DNA of 64,000 nucleotides from Thainema sp. (GTDB lineage: Bacteria > Cyanobacteriota > Cyanobacteriia > Phormidesmidales > Phormidesmidaceae), in assembly GCA_052168235.1 (NCBI GenBank), contig JBQLZK010000001.1:96001-160000 (forward strand), in the 5' to 3' direction. The notes beneath the pieces are model-generated. The model did no database searches. It saw nothing but the letters and a program-made list of their open reading frames with translations, and had not been told where the DNA came from. Positions 40,645-50,900 of the stretch are shown here, in pieces (position 1 is the first letter of the stretch; each line of letters starts with the position of its first letter). The position numbers and the translations under genes were made by a program.

Positions 40645-41779
40645 ATGGATGTATTGGACATTAAACGCGACGTAGAACAACTGTCGAGTCGCCTGGGCAA
40701 AGCCCAGGACTATCTTTGACGTTCCCGCACTTACCGCCAAGATTCAAGATTTAGAGCAGCTCGCGGCTCAGCCCGACTTTTGGGACAACCCCGATCATGC
40801 CCAGCAGCAGATGCAGGAGCTTAACGATCTAAAGTCTCACCTGGAGCAGATGGATCAGTGGCGATCGCAACTGGACGATGTTCAGTCCTTTGTTGAATTA
40901 ATGGACGGCGAAGCCGCTGATGAGGCGCTGCTTCAGGAAGCGCAAGAGAACGTACAGCAGCTTTATCGGGCGCTGGATCAGTGGGAACTGCAGCAGTTGC
41001 TGTCAGGCCCGTATGACCAGCGGGGCGCAGTGCTGTCGATCAACGCGGGTGCAGGCGGCACGGATGCCCAAGACTGGGCGGAGATGCTGTTGCGCATGTA
41101 TACCCGCTGGGGTGAAGCTCAAGGATACAAGGTTCACCTGACGGAAATCTCAGAGGGCGACGAAGCGGGAATCAAGTCCGCCACGTTAGAAATTGATGGT
41201 AAGTATGCCTACGGCTATCTCAAGTCGGAGAAAGGCACCCATCGGCTCGTGCGCATTTCGCCATTCAATGCCAACGGCAAGCGCCAAACCAGCTTTGCTG
41301 GGGTGGAAGTGATGCCCGTGTTGGATGACACGATTGAGCTGAATATTCCCGAAAAGGATTTGGACATTAACACTTCGCGCTCTGGTGGTGCGGGTGGTCA
41401 GAATGTAAACAAAGTAGAAACGGCGGTACGGATTACCCACATTCCCACTGGGATTTCGGTGCGCTGTACCCAAGAGCGATCGCAACTGCAAAACCGCGAG
41501 AAAGCGATGGCGATTCTAAAAGCCAAGCTGCTGCTAATTGCCCAAGAACAGCGAGCCAAAGAGGTTGCTGATATTCGAGGCGATATGGTTGAAGCAGCCT
41601 GGGGCAACCAGATCCGCAACTATGTCTTCCATCCCTATCAGATGGTGAAAGATTTACGCACTGGGGAGGAGACAACCGCGATCGACGATGTAATGAATGG
41701 TGAATTGGCCGAGTTTATTGAAGCGTACCTGCGGCAAGAAAATAATTTAGTTGACGATACGGCTGCTGAGCTGGTCTAA
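40645..41779 (+). CDS. prfB: Peptide chain release factor 2 with programmed +1 frameshift
   Basis: ORF1 [24 protein letters not shown] ends in CTT TGA C (40714-40720); +1 frame continues into the SPF/GGQ-containing ORF. Confidence 0.96.
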
Positions 41780-41786
41780 ATAGCTA

Positions 41787-41847
41787 AAAACCGAGCGAAT
41801 AGGCAAAAGGCAGGCTGAGCCTGCCTTTTGCCTATTCGCTCGGTTTT
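41787..41847. repeat. Perfect 29-bp-arm palindrome just after prfB (terminator position)
   Basis: aaaaccgagcgaataggcaaaaggcaggc-tga-gcctgccttttgcctattcgctcggtttt. Confidence 0.9.
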
Positions 41848-41905
41848 ATTATGAGGATTTGCATACATCTCCACACCATTTATAGAGATCAAACTGAGAA
41901 CGATT

Positions 41906-41923
41906 GTTACAATGTGTTACGTA
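41906..41923 (+). promoter_or_regulatory. Candidate HLR1 (RpaB) site upstream of the ABC1 kinase gene
   Basis: GTTACAAT-gt-GTTACGTA vs consensus KTTACAWW-nn-KTTACAWW (one mismatch). Confidence 0.5.
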
Positions 41924-42129
41924 ACGTGTTTAAGAATGACACTCTACAAACGATGGCGTAGTTTTTCTACTGCTCAGCCGATGTGGCAATTGGAAGAAGT
42001 TGATACCTTGGTTCTAAGCGGCACACATTCAATTCGCCTGAATTGCAACAATATCGTTGATTGGAGTTGTTCTTAAACGCTCTGCTTTAATATCCGCTCA
42101 TTTTGCTCAATTTTGCCTTCGGAGGCTGT

Positions 42130-44262
42130 ATGACGACGAGGTTATCTGAAACTCAAGCGACGGCACTTGCAACTCCTGCAGCTTCTGCAGAGGCCGCCCC
42201 ATCTTCAATTGCGGTAACAGATCCAATCGAGTCGTCCACTCAGCATCAGTCCGCCTATGCAGTTCCCAGTGTTGATGGCTCATTTGCATCCGACTACCCG
42301 CTTCAGAAACGCTCTACAGGGGAGGCGGTTGCAGAGTTTGAGTCTGGAGAAGAAATCGTCTATGACCCAGATGCGATCGCAGCCATCTATCGCAGTCGTC
42401 CGTTTCAAGTCGTGGGGCGGATCTTTGGCATCTTAGGGCCAATGCTTTTCTTTTACCTGAAACTTTGGTGGGACGGTCGCACGGGTCAGGCTAAGAAGAA
42501 TGAGCTTAAGCGGGCTGTGCAGTTACGGAACTTACTGACTAATTTGGGGCCAGCCTACATCAAGATTGGGCAAGCACTCTCTACTCGCCCCGACTTGGTT
42601 CCGCCACTGTATTTAGACGAGCTAACTCAGCTCCAGGATCAGCTGCCCGCATTTCCGAATGAAATTGCTTTTCACTTCATCGAAGAGGAACTTGGCGCAC
42701 CGCCGAGTTCTCTGTATGCCGAACTGTCACCCAATCCCGTTTCAGCCGCTTCGTTAGGACAGGTCTATCGCGGTCGGTTATTTTCGGGCGAAGAGGTAGC
42801 CGTTAAAGTTCAGCGTCCTGGCCTTGCAGAGCGAATCACCCTGGACTTATTTATTCTGCGGGGACTAGCGAAATGGGCCAGCAACCTTAAGCAGGTGCGC
42901 AGCGACTTAGTCGGCATCATGGATGAGTTCGGTGCCCGCATTTTTGAAGAGATGGATTACACCCATGAGGGACGAAATGCCGAGCGCTTTGCCGATCTCT
43001 ATGGTCACTTGCGCGATGTTTACGTGCCCACGATTTACTGGGAGTATACGGGGCGGCGTGTCCTGACGATGGAGTGGATTACGGGCACGAAGTTGACTCG
43101 ACCCGATTTGTTAGCTGCACAAGGAATTGATGCCCGCTACCTGATTGATGTGGGGGTTCAGTGTTCTTTACGGCAGCTACTGGAGCACGGCTTTTTCCAC
43201 GCCGATCCGCATCCGGGTAATTTGCTGGCAACACCCGACGGCAAGCTAGCCTATCTCGACTTCGGTATGATGAGCGAAGTCAAGCCCTATCAGCGCTATG
43301 GCCTGATTGAGGCGGTTGTCCACATGGTCAACCGGGATTTTGAGTCGCTGGTGAAGGACTATGTGAAACTGGAGTTCCTGACGCCCGACACTAACCTCGC
43401 GCCGATTGTGCCTGCGCTGGCAAACGTATTTGGCAACGCCTTGGGTGCCAGCGTGGCTGAGCTGAACTTCAAGAGCATCACCGATCAGCTCTCGGAGTTG
43501 ATGTACGAGTACCCGTTCCGGGTGCCCGCTTACTATGCGCTAATTATCCGTTCACTGGTAACGCTGGAAGGGATTGCTATTAACGTCGATCCGGAGTTTA
43601 AGGTTCTGAGTCAGGCGTATCCCTACATCGCTAAGCGACTGCTGACTGATCCCTCACCTGAACTGCGCGCCTCCTTACGAGATTTACTGTTCAAAGACGG
43701 TAGCTTCCGTTGGAATCGCTTAGAAAACCTGCTACGCAATGCCAAAGACAGCCAGGACTACGATCTGGATGCGGTGCTGGATCAAACCGTTGACTTCTTG
43801 TTCTCCGAACGGGGCACATTTATCCGCGATCGCATTGCCTCGGAAATCGTCAACAACGTTGATTACCTAGGACAGAATGCGATTCAGCGGTTTACCCGTG
43901 GCATCAGCGAACGCATTGGCTTTGAACCTCGGATTGGCGGTGCGGCTCCAGCCAAACCAACTAATAATGCTGAAGCACAAAAGAATTTAGAGCATATCCA
44001 GCGAATTATCGGCATTCTGCGGGAAACGCAGGGATTTGATCCGATCAAAGTCGCGTCCCTGGTGCCTCAGCTCTTGACGAAGCCAGAAACCCATCAGATG
44101 GGCCAGAAAATTGCGGGTCAATTGGCCCAGAGAGCAGCGGCTCGCCTGATTCGCCAGTTTCTAGTACCGGAACCCGATCCGGCAGCACTGCCACCGGTAA
44201 CTTCATCCGCAAGTTCACCTCGTTTAGCCGCGATCGCACCTACTGCATCGAGAAGGGTTTAG
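42130..44262 (+). CDS. ABC1/AarF/UbiB atypical kinase
   Basis: IKIGQALSTRPD, AASLGQVY, VAVKVQRP, FFHADPHPGN, DFGMM. Confidence 0.93.
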   Translation: MTTRLSETQATALATPAASAEAAPSSIAVTDPIESSTQHQSAYAVPSVDGSFASDYPLQKRSTGEAVAEFESGEEIVYDPDAIAAIYRSRPFQVVGRIFGILGPMLFFYLKLWWDGRTGQAKKNELKRAVQLRNLLTNLGPAYIKIGQALSTRPDLVPPLYLDELTQLQDQLPAFPNEIAFHFIEEELGAPPSSLYAELSPNPVSAASLGQVYRGRLFSGEEVAVKVQRPGLAERITLDLFILRGLAKWASNLKQVRSDLVGIMDEFGARIFEEMDYTHEGRNAERFADLYGHLRDVYVPTIYWEYTGRRVLTMEWITGTKLTRPDLLAAQGIDARYLIDVGVQCSLRQLLEHGFFHADPHPGNLLATPDGKLAYLDFGMMSEVKPYQRYGLIEAVVHMVNRDFESLVKDYVKLEFLTPDTNLAPIVPALANVFGNALGASVAELNFKSITDQLSELMYEYPFRVPAYYALIIRSLVTLEGIAINVDPEFKVLSQAYPYIAKRLLTDPSPELRASLRDLLFKDGSFRWNRLENLLRNAKDSQDYDLDAVLDQTVDFLFSERGTFIRDRIASEIVNNVDYLGQNAIQRFTRGISERIGFEPRIGGAAPAKPTNNAEAQKNLEHIQRIIGILRETQGFDPIKVASLVPQLLTKPETHQMGQKIAGQLAQRAAARLIRQFLVPEPDPAALPPVTSSASSPRLAAIAPTASRRV

Positions 44263-44405
44263 ATGCCAGTTCTAGGGAATAGCGCTATAGATGAGGTACT
44301 GGGTTTTGGGCTTTAGGTGCTGAGTGCTGAGGAGTAATTTTCACCCATAACCCAGGGAAGCGGCATAATTCTCTCTCGTTGCAGTGTGATTGCAATTAAC
44401 AAGCC

Positions 44406-44450
44406 CCAGAACCGTTTTAGCTTAACCGCTAAAACGGTTCTGGAGTTTTT
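44406..44450 (+). terminator. Terminator-like hairpin
   Basis: ccagaaccgttttagc-ttaacc-gctaaaacggttctgg + agttttt. Confidence 0.6.
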
Positions 44451-44643
44451 AAGCTGAGTTGAGGCTGAATTGCGTCTGGGGAATTTAAAGTTCTTACTTA
44501 GGGGACAGGATAATGGGAAGCCAGTTCGTTAGCCTGATTGAAAGCAGTAGTTCTCGGCTGATTTGATTTGACTAATAGAATTGCTCAAATTAGCTATCTC
44601 TGCCACTTTGTTTTTATATCTGCCAATAATTAACCGTATTAAT

Positions 44644-44892
44644 ATGTCCCAGACTCGACCTTTAACTGGAACGGATTTAGTTGATTGCGCTAAAGCCAAT
44701 GCCGCTCAAGGCACCGATGTCGCTGCATCTCGCTGTGGCTATGACGATATTGATTCATTCATGAGCGCACTGCGTCAAGCGGCTGGAGAAATGGGAGTTG
44801 AACTCACGAATCTCAACGATCTGGTTTCAGATGGTGGCACGATTCAGCGCGGCGGAGTTGAGATTTCACCCGATGGGCCAGGACAGCTATAA
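44644..44892 (+). CDS. Small conserved hypothetical protein
   Basis: LTGTDLVDCAKANA...CGY pattern; followed by a terminator. Confidence 0.7.
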   Translation: MSQTRPLTGTDLVDCAKANAAQGTDVAASRCGYDDIDSFMSALRQAAGEMGVELTNLNDLVSDGGTIQRGGVEISPDGPGQL

Positions 44893-44941
44893 GCATCGCT
44901 GTAAGTACTGCTGTTTTGATCAAAATTTTAAAACTCGGGTA

Positions 44942-44974
44942 AGGGGTTTGTCAGCAGACAAACCCCTGTTTTTT
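44942..44974 (+). terminator. Intrinsic terminator
   Basis: aggggtttgtc-agca-gacaaacccct-gtttttt. Confidence 0.85.
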
Positions 44975-44979
44975 GCGAA

Positions 44980-45088
44980 CTAGTGCTTTGTCAAGTGTGT
45001 TTTGAGGGGTAGAAGAATTTTGAAAATATTGCGGAGCAATATTTTCAAAATTCTTCTACCCCTCATCTTTACTTTGACAGACTACTAG
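44980..45088. mobile_element. TIR-flanked long-palindrome miniature element (30-bp arms, GGA loop)
   Basis: TIR ctagtgctttgtcaa / ttgacagactactag (12/15); perfect arms 45003-45032 and 45036-45065. Confidence 0.8.
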
Positions 45089-45138
45089 GACAGGGCGGAG
45101 AAAAGTCAGGCGACTTTATTTCCTTCAGCATCAGCACC

Positions 45139-45231
45139 TATAGTGATTCCAGTTAAGAGTGAGAGAATGAGAGATAAGAGTGCCTCAGGATGAGGCACTC
45201 TTATCTCTCATTCTTATCTAGAACCGCTATA
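45139..45231. mobile_element. TIR-flanked long-palindrome miniature element (24-bp arms, GGA loop)
   Basis: TIR tatagtgattccag / ctagaaccgctata (11/14); perfect arms 45164-45187 and 45191-45214. Confidence 0.75.
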
Positions 45232-45249
45232 AAACCCAAAACCCAACTC

Positions 45250-46032
45250 TCAACCCTCAGCACTTCTCAAATACTGTGCCAGTTCACAAAAGCCTTCGGC
45301 TTCGGCAGCAAGAGTGACATAACGAGGCTGGTACTGCATGCGATCGCAGTAATCTCGAATATTCGCGACCCCAACCGAATGAGGAAATAGATTTGGATTA
45401 AATAGACTTTCGTCGTTGGGGCTATCACCGACGGTGAGCAGTTGAGTAGGTTCCACCTGGGGAAAGTGCTGTTGCAGGACGGACTGTAGACCCGCCGATT
45501 TTTCTTGTTCAGCCAGCTTAATGTGGCACTGTACGGTGCTATAGGTGAAGCCCCAGCCCTGCTGCGCCAGATGTGCTCGCATCCAGTCCAGTTCTGCGGG
45601 GCTGAAGCCTGCGACATCAAACGTCCAGTCGGTTAGTCGATAGGCATTGTCCGCTGCTTCACGCAGGTGGGGAAACTTGACCTGTAGGGATTGAAACGCC
45701 GCTTGGAGCGCCTGCCGATGCTGAATTAAGTCAGTAATCGGTACCAATAACTCAGGTGCTGTCGTATCGCGATCGCATTTGGGGATAAATAATGCGCCGC
45801 CATTTTCTGCGATCGCACCTGCAACTGGGAGGTAATGTGCGATCGCGCTCACCCAGCCAGCGGAGCGTCCGGTCACAATCAGCACGGTGATATCAGCCTC
45901 AGCCAGATCGGTCAAAGCCTGTAGTAGTGCAGGCGTAAAGCGACCGTGGCGCGTCAGCGTGCCATCCATGTCGGTGGCGATGAAACAAATCTTTTCAAAA
46001 GTTTTGGCTGTAAGGGACTGCATTTTCGCCAT
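45250..46032 (-). CDS. HAD-superfamily subfamily IIB hydrolase
   Basis: DMDGTLT, VTGRS, GDSPND. Confidence 0.88.
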   Translation of the reverse strand: MAKMQSLTAKTFEKICFIATDMDGTLTRHGRFTPALLQALTDLAEADITVLIVTGRSAGWVSAIAHYLPVAGAIAENGGALFIPKCDRDTTAPELLVPITDLIQHRQALQAAFQSLQVKFPHLREAADNAYRLTDWTFDVAGFSPAELDWMRAHLAQQGWGFTYSTVQCHIKLAEQEKSAGLQSVLQQHFPQVEPTQLLTVGDSPNDESLFNPNLFPHSVGVANIRDYCDRMQYQPRYVTLAAEAEGFCELAQYLRSAEG

Positions 46033-46086
46033 AAAGCACATACATTGTGATGGATTTCACTCTATCCTTCGCAACTGTATCGGATC

Positions 46087-47790
46087 ATGGCACCTCTGGT
46101 TTCCCCACAGCGAGACGCACTGTATGCCCAAGCGGCAGCCCGAACGGGCATTCATGCGCCCTTACTGGCAGCGCTCTATGCTGTACAGCGACAGCCCTAT
46201 TTGCCCGATGGGGACAGCGGTTTGGGAATGACGCCCGCCAATCAACTGCCGGGAGATGCCGTCAATACGGTTGTGAACCAGGTTCACTATGCCGCCAATA
46301 CGCTGCGCAGTCTAGTCAGCTACCTGACCGCGAAGGGGTGGCAACCCGATGATTTTTGGCAGTCGGGGCAGGATCGCTACAGCGATCGCTTTATTCGTGC
46401 TGTGGCGGATGGGTATGTGCCACCGGAAACGGTGCCGCTGGCCGCGCGGTTAGAACCGTCTGATCCACAGGCTTTGCTGGCAGCTTATCGAGACGCTATT
46501 CCAGCGGTAGACAGTCCTGAATCCCAAACGATTGATGCCGCTCAGGACGTTGCCGACTCCGGTTTAGATAGGGCATTGCTCAGCTTTGTCCGCACCGTGC
46601 CGCGTACTTACAGTGGCTTGGGCTATCAGCGGCAGGCGCTGATGGAGCTGCTGCGGCTCTGGCGCAAGCTGGACACGCCACAGGAGGTGATTCAGTCCTT
46701 GGATCTGGAGTTGCCCAAAGGACAAACCCTGGACAGCTTTGACCCGACGCTGCTGGATCAGCCGCTGCTGATTTTTGCGCAGCAGGTGCCCCAGTTCTAT
46801 GCGGGCTATCCCCACCAGCGGGAAGCCGTGATTCGGCTGGCTCAGCTTTGGGGTCGCTATCCAACCCGCGAAGCTGCGATCGCAAATCTCCAATCTGTCT
46901 CCACGATTCAGCCAGATTTGGCCTTGCTTGATCCGGTGCTGATGGCCTTTGTCCAGTCGATGAGCAACCGCTATCGCGGGCTGGGGCAACAGCGGCTGGC
47001 GCTGACGGATTTTTTTCAAACCTGGAACCAGTTGCGATCGCGGGAAACGGCTATTATCGAGCTAGGGGTTGATCCCAGCCACCTCAATCCCAATGTGGCA
47101 ACGGATGAGATCGTGGCCAATACGGCGCTCCAGATGGATCGATCCCTGCTAGCCTTCATGCAGCGCCTGCCGCAGCAGTACCAGGCAACAGAACAGCAGC
47201 GAGAGCATCTGCTTCAGCTTGTGCAGCACTGGCACCCGTTCGACGATCGTGACATGGCCGTGCAGCACCTATTCAGTCAACTGCGACAGATGGAGACAGC
47301 CAATCGCACTGCCCCGGAAGCCTCGCCAGTCCCCACGCCCTATCCCGCCACCTTCCGCCCTGACCGCTGGACAGTGGAAAATCTCCAGCTCATGCAGTCC
47401 ATTGTGCCCAACGGCAGCTTCACCTGGGCCGATGCCACTCAAGGGGGGCGCTATTTACCTGTGAATCAAGCCGCAATCAACAGCATTGTGCAGTGCGCCA
47501 CGCAGCTTCAGGCCGCTTGCGATCGCATCGGTCGTCCGTTTCGCATTACTCGCTGGTACGCACCAGATATATCGTCACAGAAGCTTGCAACCGATGCCCA
47601 TCGGTTTGCCCTGGGAGAAGCCGTTGAATGTTACATACCGGGACTAACTGCTGATCAGGTCTACTGGGCGCTTACCCCCTGGTGGTCGGGTGGATTAGGG
47701 CGCTATCAAATCTATCCTTATCTGATTTATTTGGATATCAGCTCGTACCCCGTGCGCTGGAACGTGAAGGAAGTGCGTCATGTCCGGTAG
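46087..47790 (+). CDS. Repeat-containing protein with a degenerate C-terminal peptidase M15A-like domain
   Basis: Repeated LD-x-x-L-x-x-F...Y-x-G...QR-x-AL units; C-terminal FTWADATQGG...ITRWY...WSGGLGRY...YLD. Confidence 0.65.
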   Translation: MAPLVSPQRDALYAQAAARTGIHAPLLAALYAVQRQPYLPDGDSGLGMTPANQLPGDAVNTVVNQVHYAANTLRSLVSYLTAKGWQPDDFWQSGQDRYSDRFIRAVADGYVPPETVPLAARLEPSDPQALLAAYRDAIPAVDSPESQTIDAAQDVADSGLDRALLSFVRTVPRTYSGLGYQRQALMELLRLWRKLDTPQEVIQSLDLELPKGQTLDSFDPTLLDQPLLIFAQQVPQFYAGYPHQREAVIRLAQLWGRYPTREAAIANLQSVSTIQPDLALLDPVLMAFVQSMSNRYRGLGQQRLALTDFFQTWNQLRSRETAIIELGVDPSHLNPNVATDEIVANTALQMDRSLLAFMQRLPQQYQATEQQREHLLQLVQHWHPFDDRDMAVQHLFSQLRQMETANRTAPEASPVPTPYPATFRPDRWTVENLQLMQSIVPNGSFTWADATQGGRYLPVNQAAINSIVQCATQLQAACDRIGRPFRITRWYAPDISSQKLATDAHRFALGEAVECYIPGLTADQVYWALTPWWSGGLGRYQIYPYLIYLDISSYPVRWNVKEVRHVR

Positions 47791-47918
47791 CAATATCTAC
47801 AAAATGGTCGATGCGCAATTGTTACTGTTCGGAGTCTTGCCGGATTTAGGCAAAATCCTTACTCTATAGAAGACCGTAGCCCAGATCGCCCCAATTATTC
47901 ATCACCTGAAGTCTGCGG

Positions 47919-50900
47919 ATGACCAGTCCTGATCCCAATCGGCCCCAGCCGGAGTCAGAATCGCCTCCGTCTTCTCGGCGACGCCGACGCATTCTTAATG
48001 CGATCGCAATTACGGGCATCTCATTTGGCACACTGGGCATCCTGGGCTATTTGGCGCTGAGCACCTGGATCTATCGTGAACTGCCGTCGTTCCTGGAAAA
48101 TCGGCTAGAAGAAACGCTAGATCGAGAGGTGAAAATTGGTGGGGTTGAGAACTTTACCCTGACTCGGATTCGCTTTGGCCCTTCCTCCATTCCGGCTACG
48201 CCTACCGATCCAGACCGGATTGCCACGGAAGCGATTGACTTAAGCATTAATCCATTTCCCCTGATTAGAAAGAATCTGCATCTCGACATTGAGCTGCTGG
48301 AACCCGTTCTCTACATCGAGCAAGCAGAAGATGGCAGTTGGCTCGATCTGGAATTTGATTCTCAAGGCGGCGAGTTTCCGCTCGATATTGACGCCACGAT
48401 TGAGCTGAAGGAGGCAGAGGCCGCCTTTTTACCGCTCAATACCAACAAAGCGATCGGGGTTGCTGCCAACGGTACATTACAGGTCGTTGGGGACTCAGAG
48501 CAGCAAACCTTCAGGTATGACTTCATTGCCGAACTGGCGGATGGCGTGGCCGAAATTCAGGGTGAAACTTTAAACGACGAAGCGGCTACGAAGGCGACTG
48601 CTTTACTCCGCGATATTCAGTTAGCCCAGCTCACGCCGCTATTAGACTCACTCGGACTGCGCTTACCCGTTGAGGTGGTGGATGGTGAACTGAGCGCGAA
48701 TTTGCGGGTTGATCTGCCGTCCATTCGAGAACTGTCGTCGCTGTCTCTCTATGGCACGGTGGCGCTGGATCAGCTGGCGGCCCAGGTGGAACCGCTGGAG
48801 CCGCCCATTACTCTGGAGGGCATGGCTCGCTTTGTCGATCAAACGGTTGTTCTGGAATCACTGGAAGCGGCGGTTGACGATACCGTGGCGGAGCTAGAGG
48901 GCACGATTAATTTCGATAGGGGCTACAACCTCGACATTGACGTACCCTCGGTCGAATTTGAAGACGTACTGGCTCTAGCTGAGATTGAAGAGTTGCCGAT
49001 TGAGCTGCAAGGAGCTATCCAAGCTGAGTTCGAGCTGACGGGAGAGATCGACGATCCGCAGTTGGCTGGGGTAATTCGCAATCTCCGCACGACTCAGATT
49101 GACGAAGTGGCGCTTGATGATCTGCAAGTTGAGTTCGAAGCCAGCTTGGAGCGGTTTGTATTAGAAGAACTGGCAGTTTCACCAGTCGTAGGAGGAGATA
49201 TCCGGGCAGAGGGCTTTATTCAGTTTGAGAGTTTTGAGGAGTTTCTGAGTAATCCCATCGCGCTGGATTTAGAGGTTGAGAATTTACCGACTGATACGCT
49301 GGCAGCCCTGTATGGTGTAACCACACCGAATATCCGCTTTGGCACATTGAACGCCAACGGTCGAATCGGCGGCACCCTGGAGGATCTCACAGGCGGCGTC
49401 ACCTGGCGATTACCCAATGCTTATGCGGAGGCGACAGGCGCGATCGCAGCTTTGGGTGAACTCCAGTTAGATGGCTCAAATTTACTGATCCGAGACACGC
49501 GCTTCAATCTGGTTGATCAGGCGGGGGCGGTGCTGGTGACCGGACAGGCCAATCTCGACACCAGCGCCTGGCAGTCGCAAATTCAGGCGCTGAATGTGGA
49601 CTTGTCGCAGATTCCAGCTCTGCGCGATGCGCTGCAATCCTCGGCAACGCTGGCTTCAACGGCTCGATCTGATCGGCTCAATGCTCAGCTTGCTCTATCG
49701 GGTAACTTTGCCAGCTTATTCAACGACACGCCAACCACCACGATTACCGCAGATGCGATCGCAGCTCAACTGGGCGACCAGGCAGTTACCGCTGCCGGAC
49801 AGTTTGACATTACGCAAGTGCCCGGTGGATCGCTGATTGTCTCAACGCTGCTGGATGTGACAGCTCAATCAAACCTGGCCTCACTGCCCCAAGCGCTGAT
49901 TAACCAGCAGGTGCGCGATCGCAACATTGACCTGCGCGGTCTAGCTAACTTCCAGGGCCAGCTCCAGGCTGATAATCTGCTTAGCGGCCTGACGGCACCC
50001 GGTAACTTGAACCTGACGGGCAATCTGAACCTAGCCGATTTTGCGCTGAATCAAATCGCCTTTGAGTCGCTGTTATCTGGCCCCGTCAGCATCACACCAG
50101 GACAGGAAATTGTGCTGGATTTGCGGGGACAAACGCGGGCTGCGGGTCGCGATCGCATTGCCGCTCGGCTCACGCCCTGCGTTGAAGCACGCTGTCAGCT
50201 CCCCTATCTGCCGGAATTTATTGCCCTGCGCCAGGGCGGACTATCGCCAGATGCGGTTATTGTTTCCGGTGAGCGCCGGGGCGATATTTTAGATGTCTCG
50301 CTTGAAAACTTCTCGCTGGCGCTCTTCGATCTGGCACCGGGGCAACAGGTGGGGCTGCAAGGCCCAGTACAGGGGCAGGTGACAGGTGATATTGCCTTTA
50401 ATCTCTTCACCTTTGACACCAGTGGCAGCATTACCGTTGAGCAACCCGGCTTGGACTACATCTTGGCCAATCAGTTTACGGCGGATTTCACCTATCGAGA
50501 TGGCATTGTTGAACTGACTTCTGGTTCACTCTCCCTGCTCGATCGCGCTCAGTCCACAGAGTACGCGTTGCAGGGTCGGCTGAATCTCGCGACCGGGGCG
50601 CTGAACGCTCAAATCGACGTGGTGCGCGGCTATGTGCAAGACCTGTTCTTCCTCACCAAAGTGTTTACGGTTGGAGATGTGCAGCGCGGACTGGCGGCCC
50701 CAACGTACCTGACGGCCAATCAGATTTACACCAATCCCCAAGGTACGCCCTACGCCTCGCTGGAATATCAGATTAAGCTGCTGATTGCCGTAACGCGAGA
50801 TTTACAGCAACTTGCGATCGCACGTCAGCAGGCGACCGCACCGGAATATTTGGATATCCAAGGCGAGTACACAGGCGAGGTTAACATCAGCGGTACGCTT

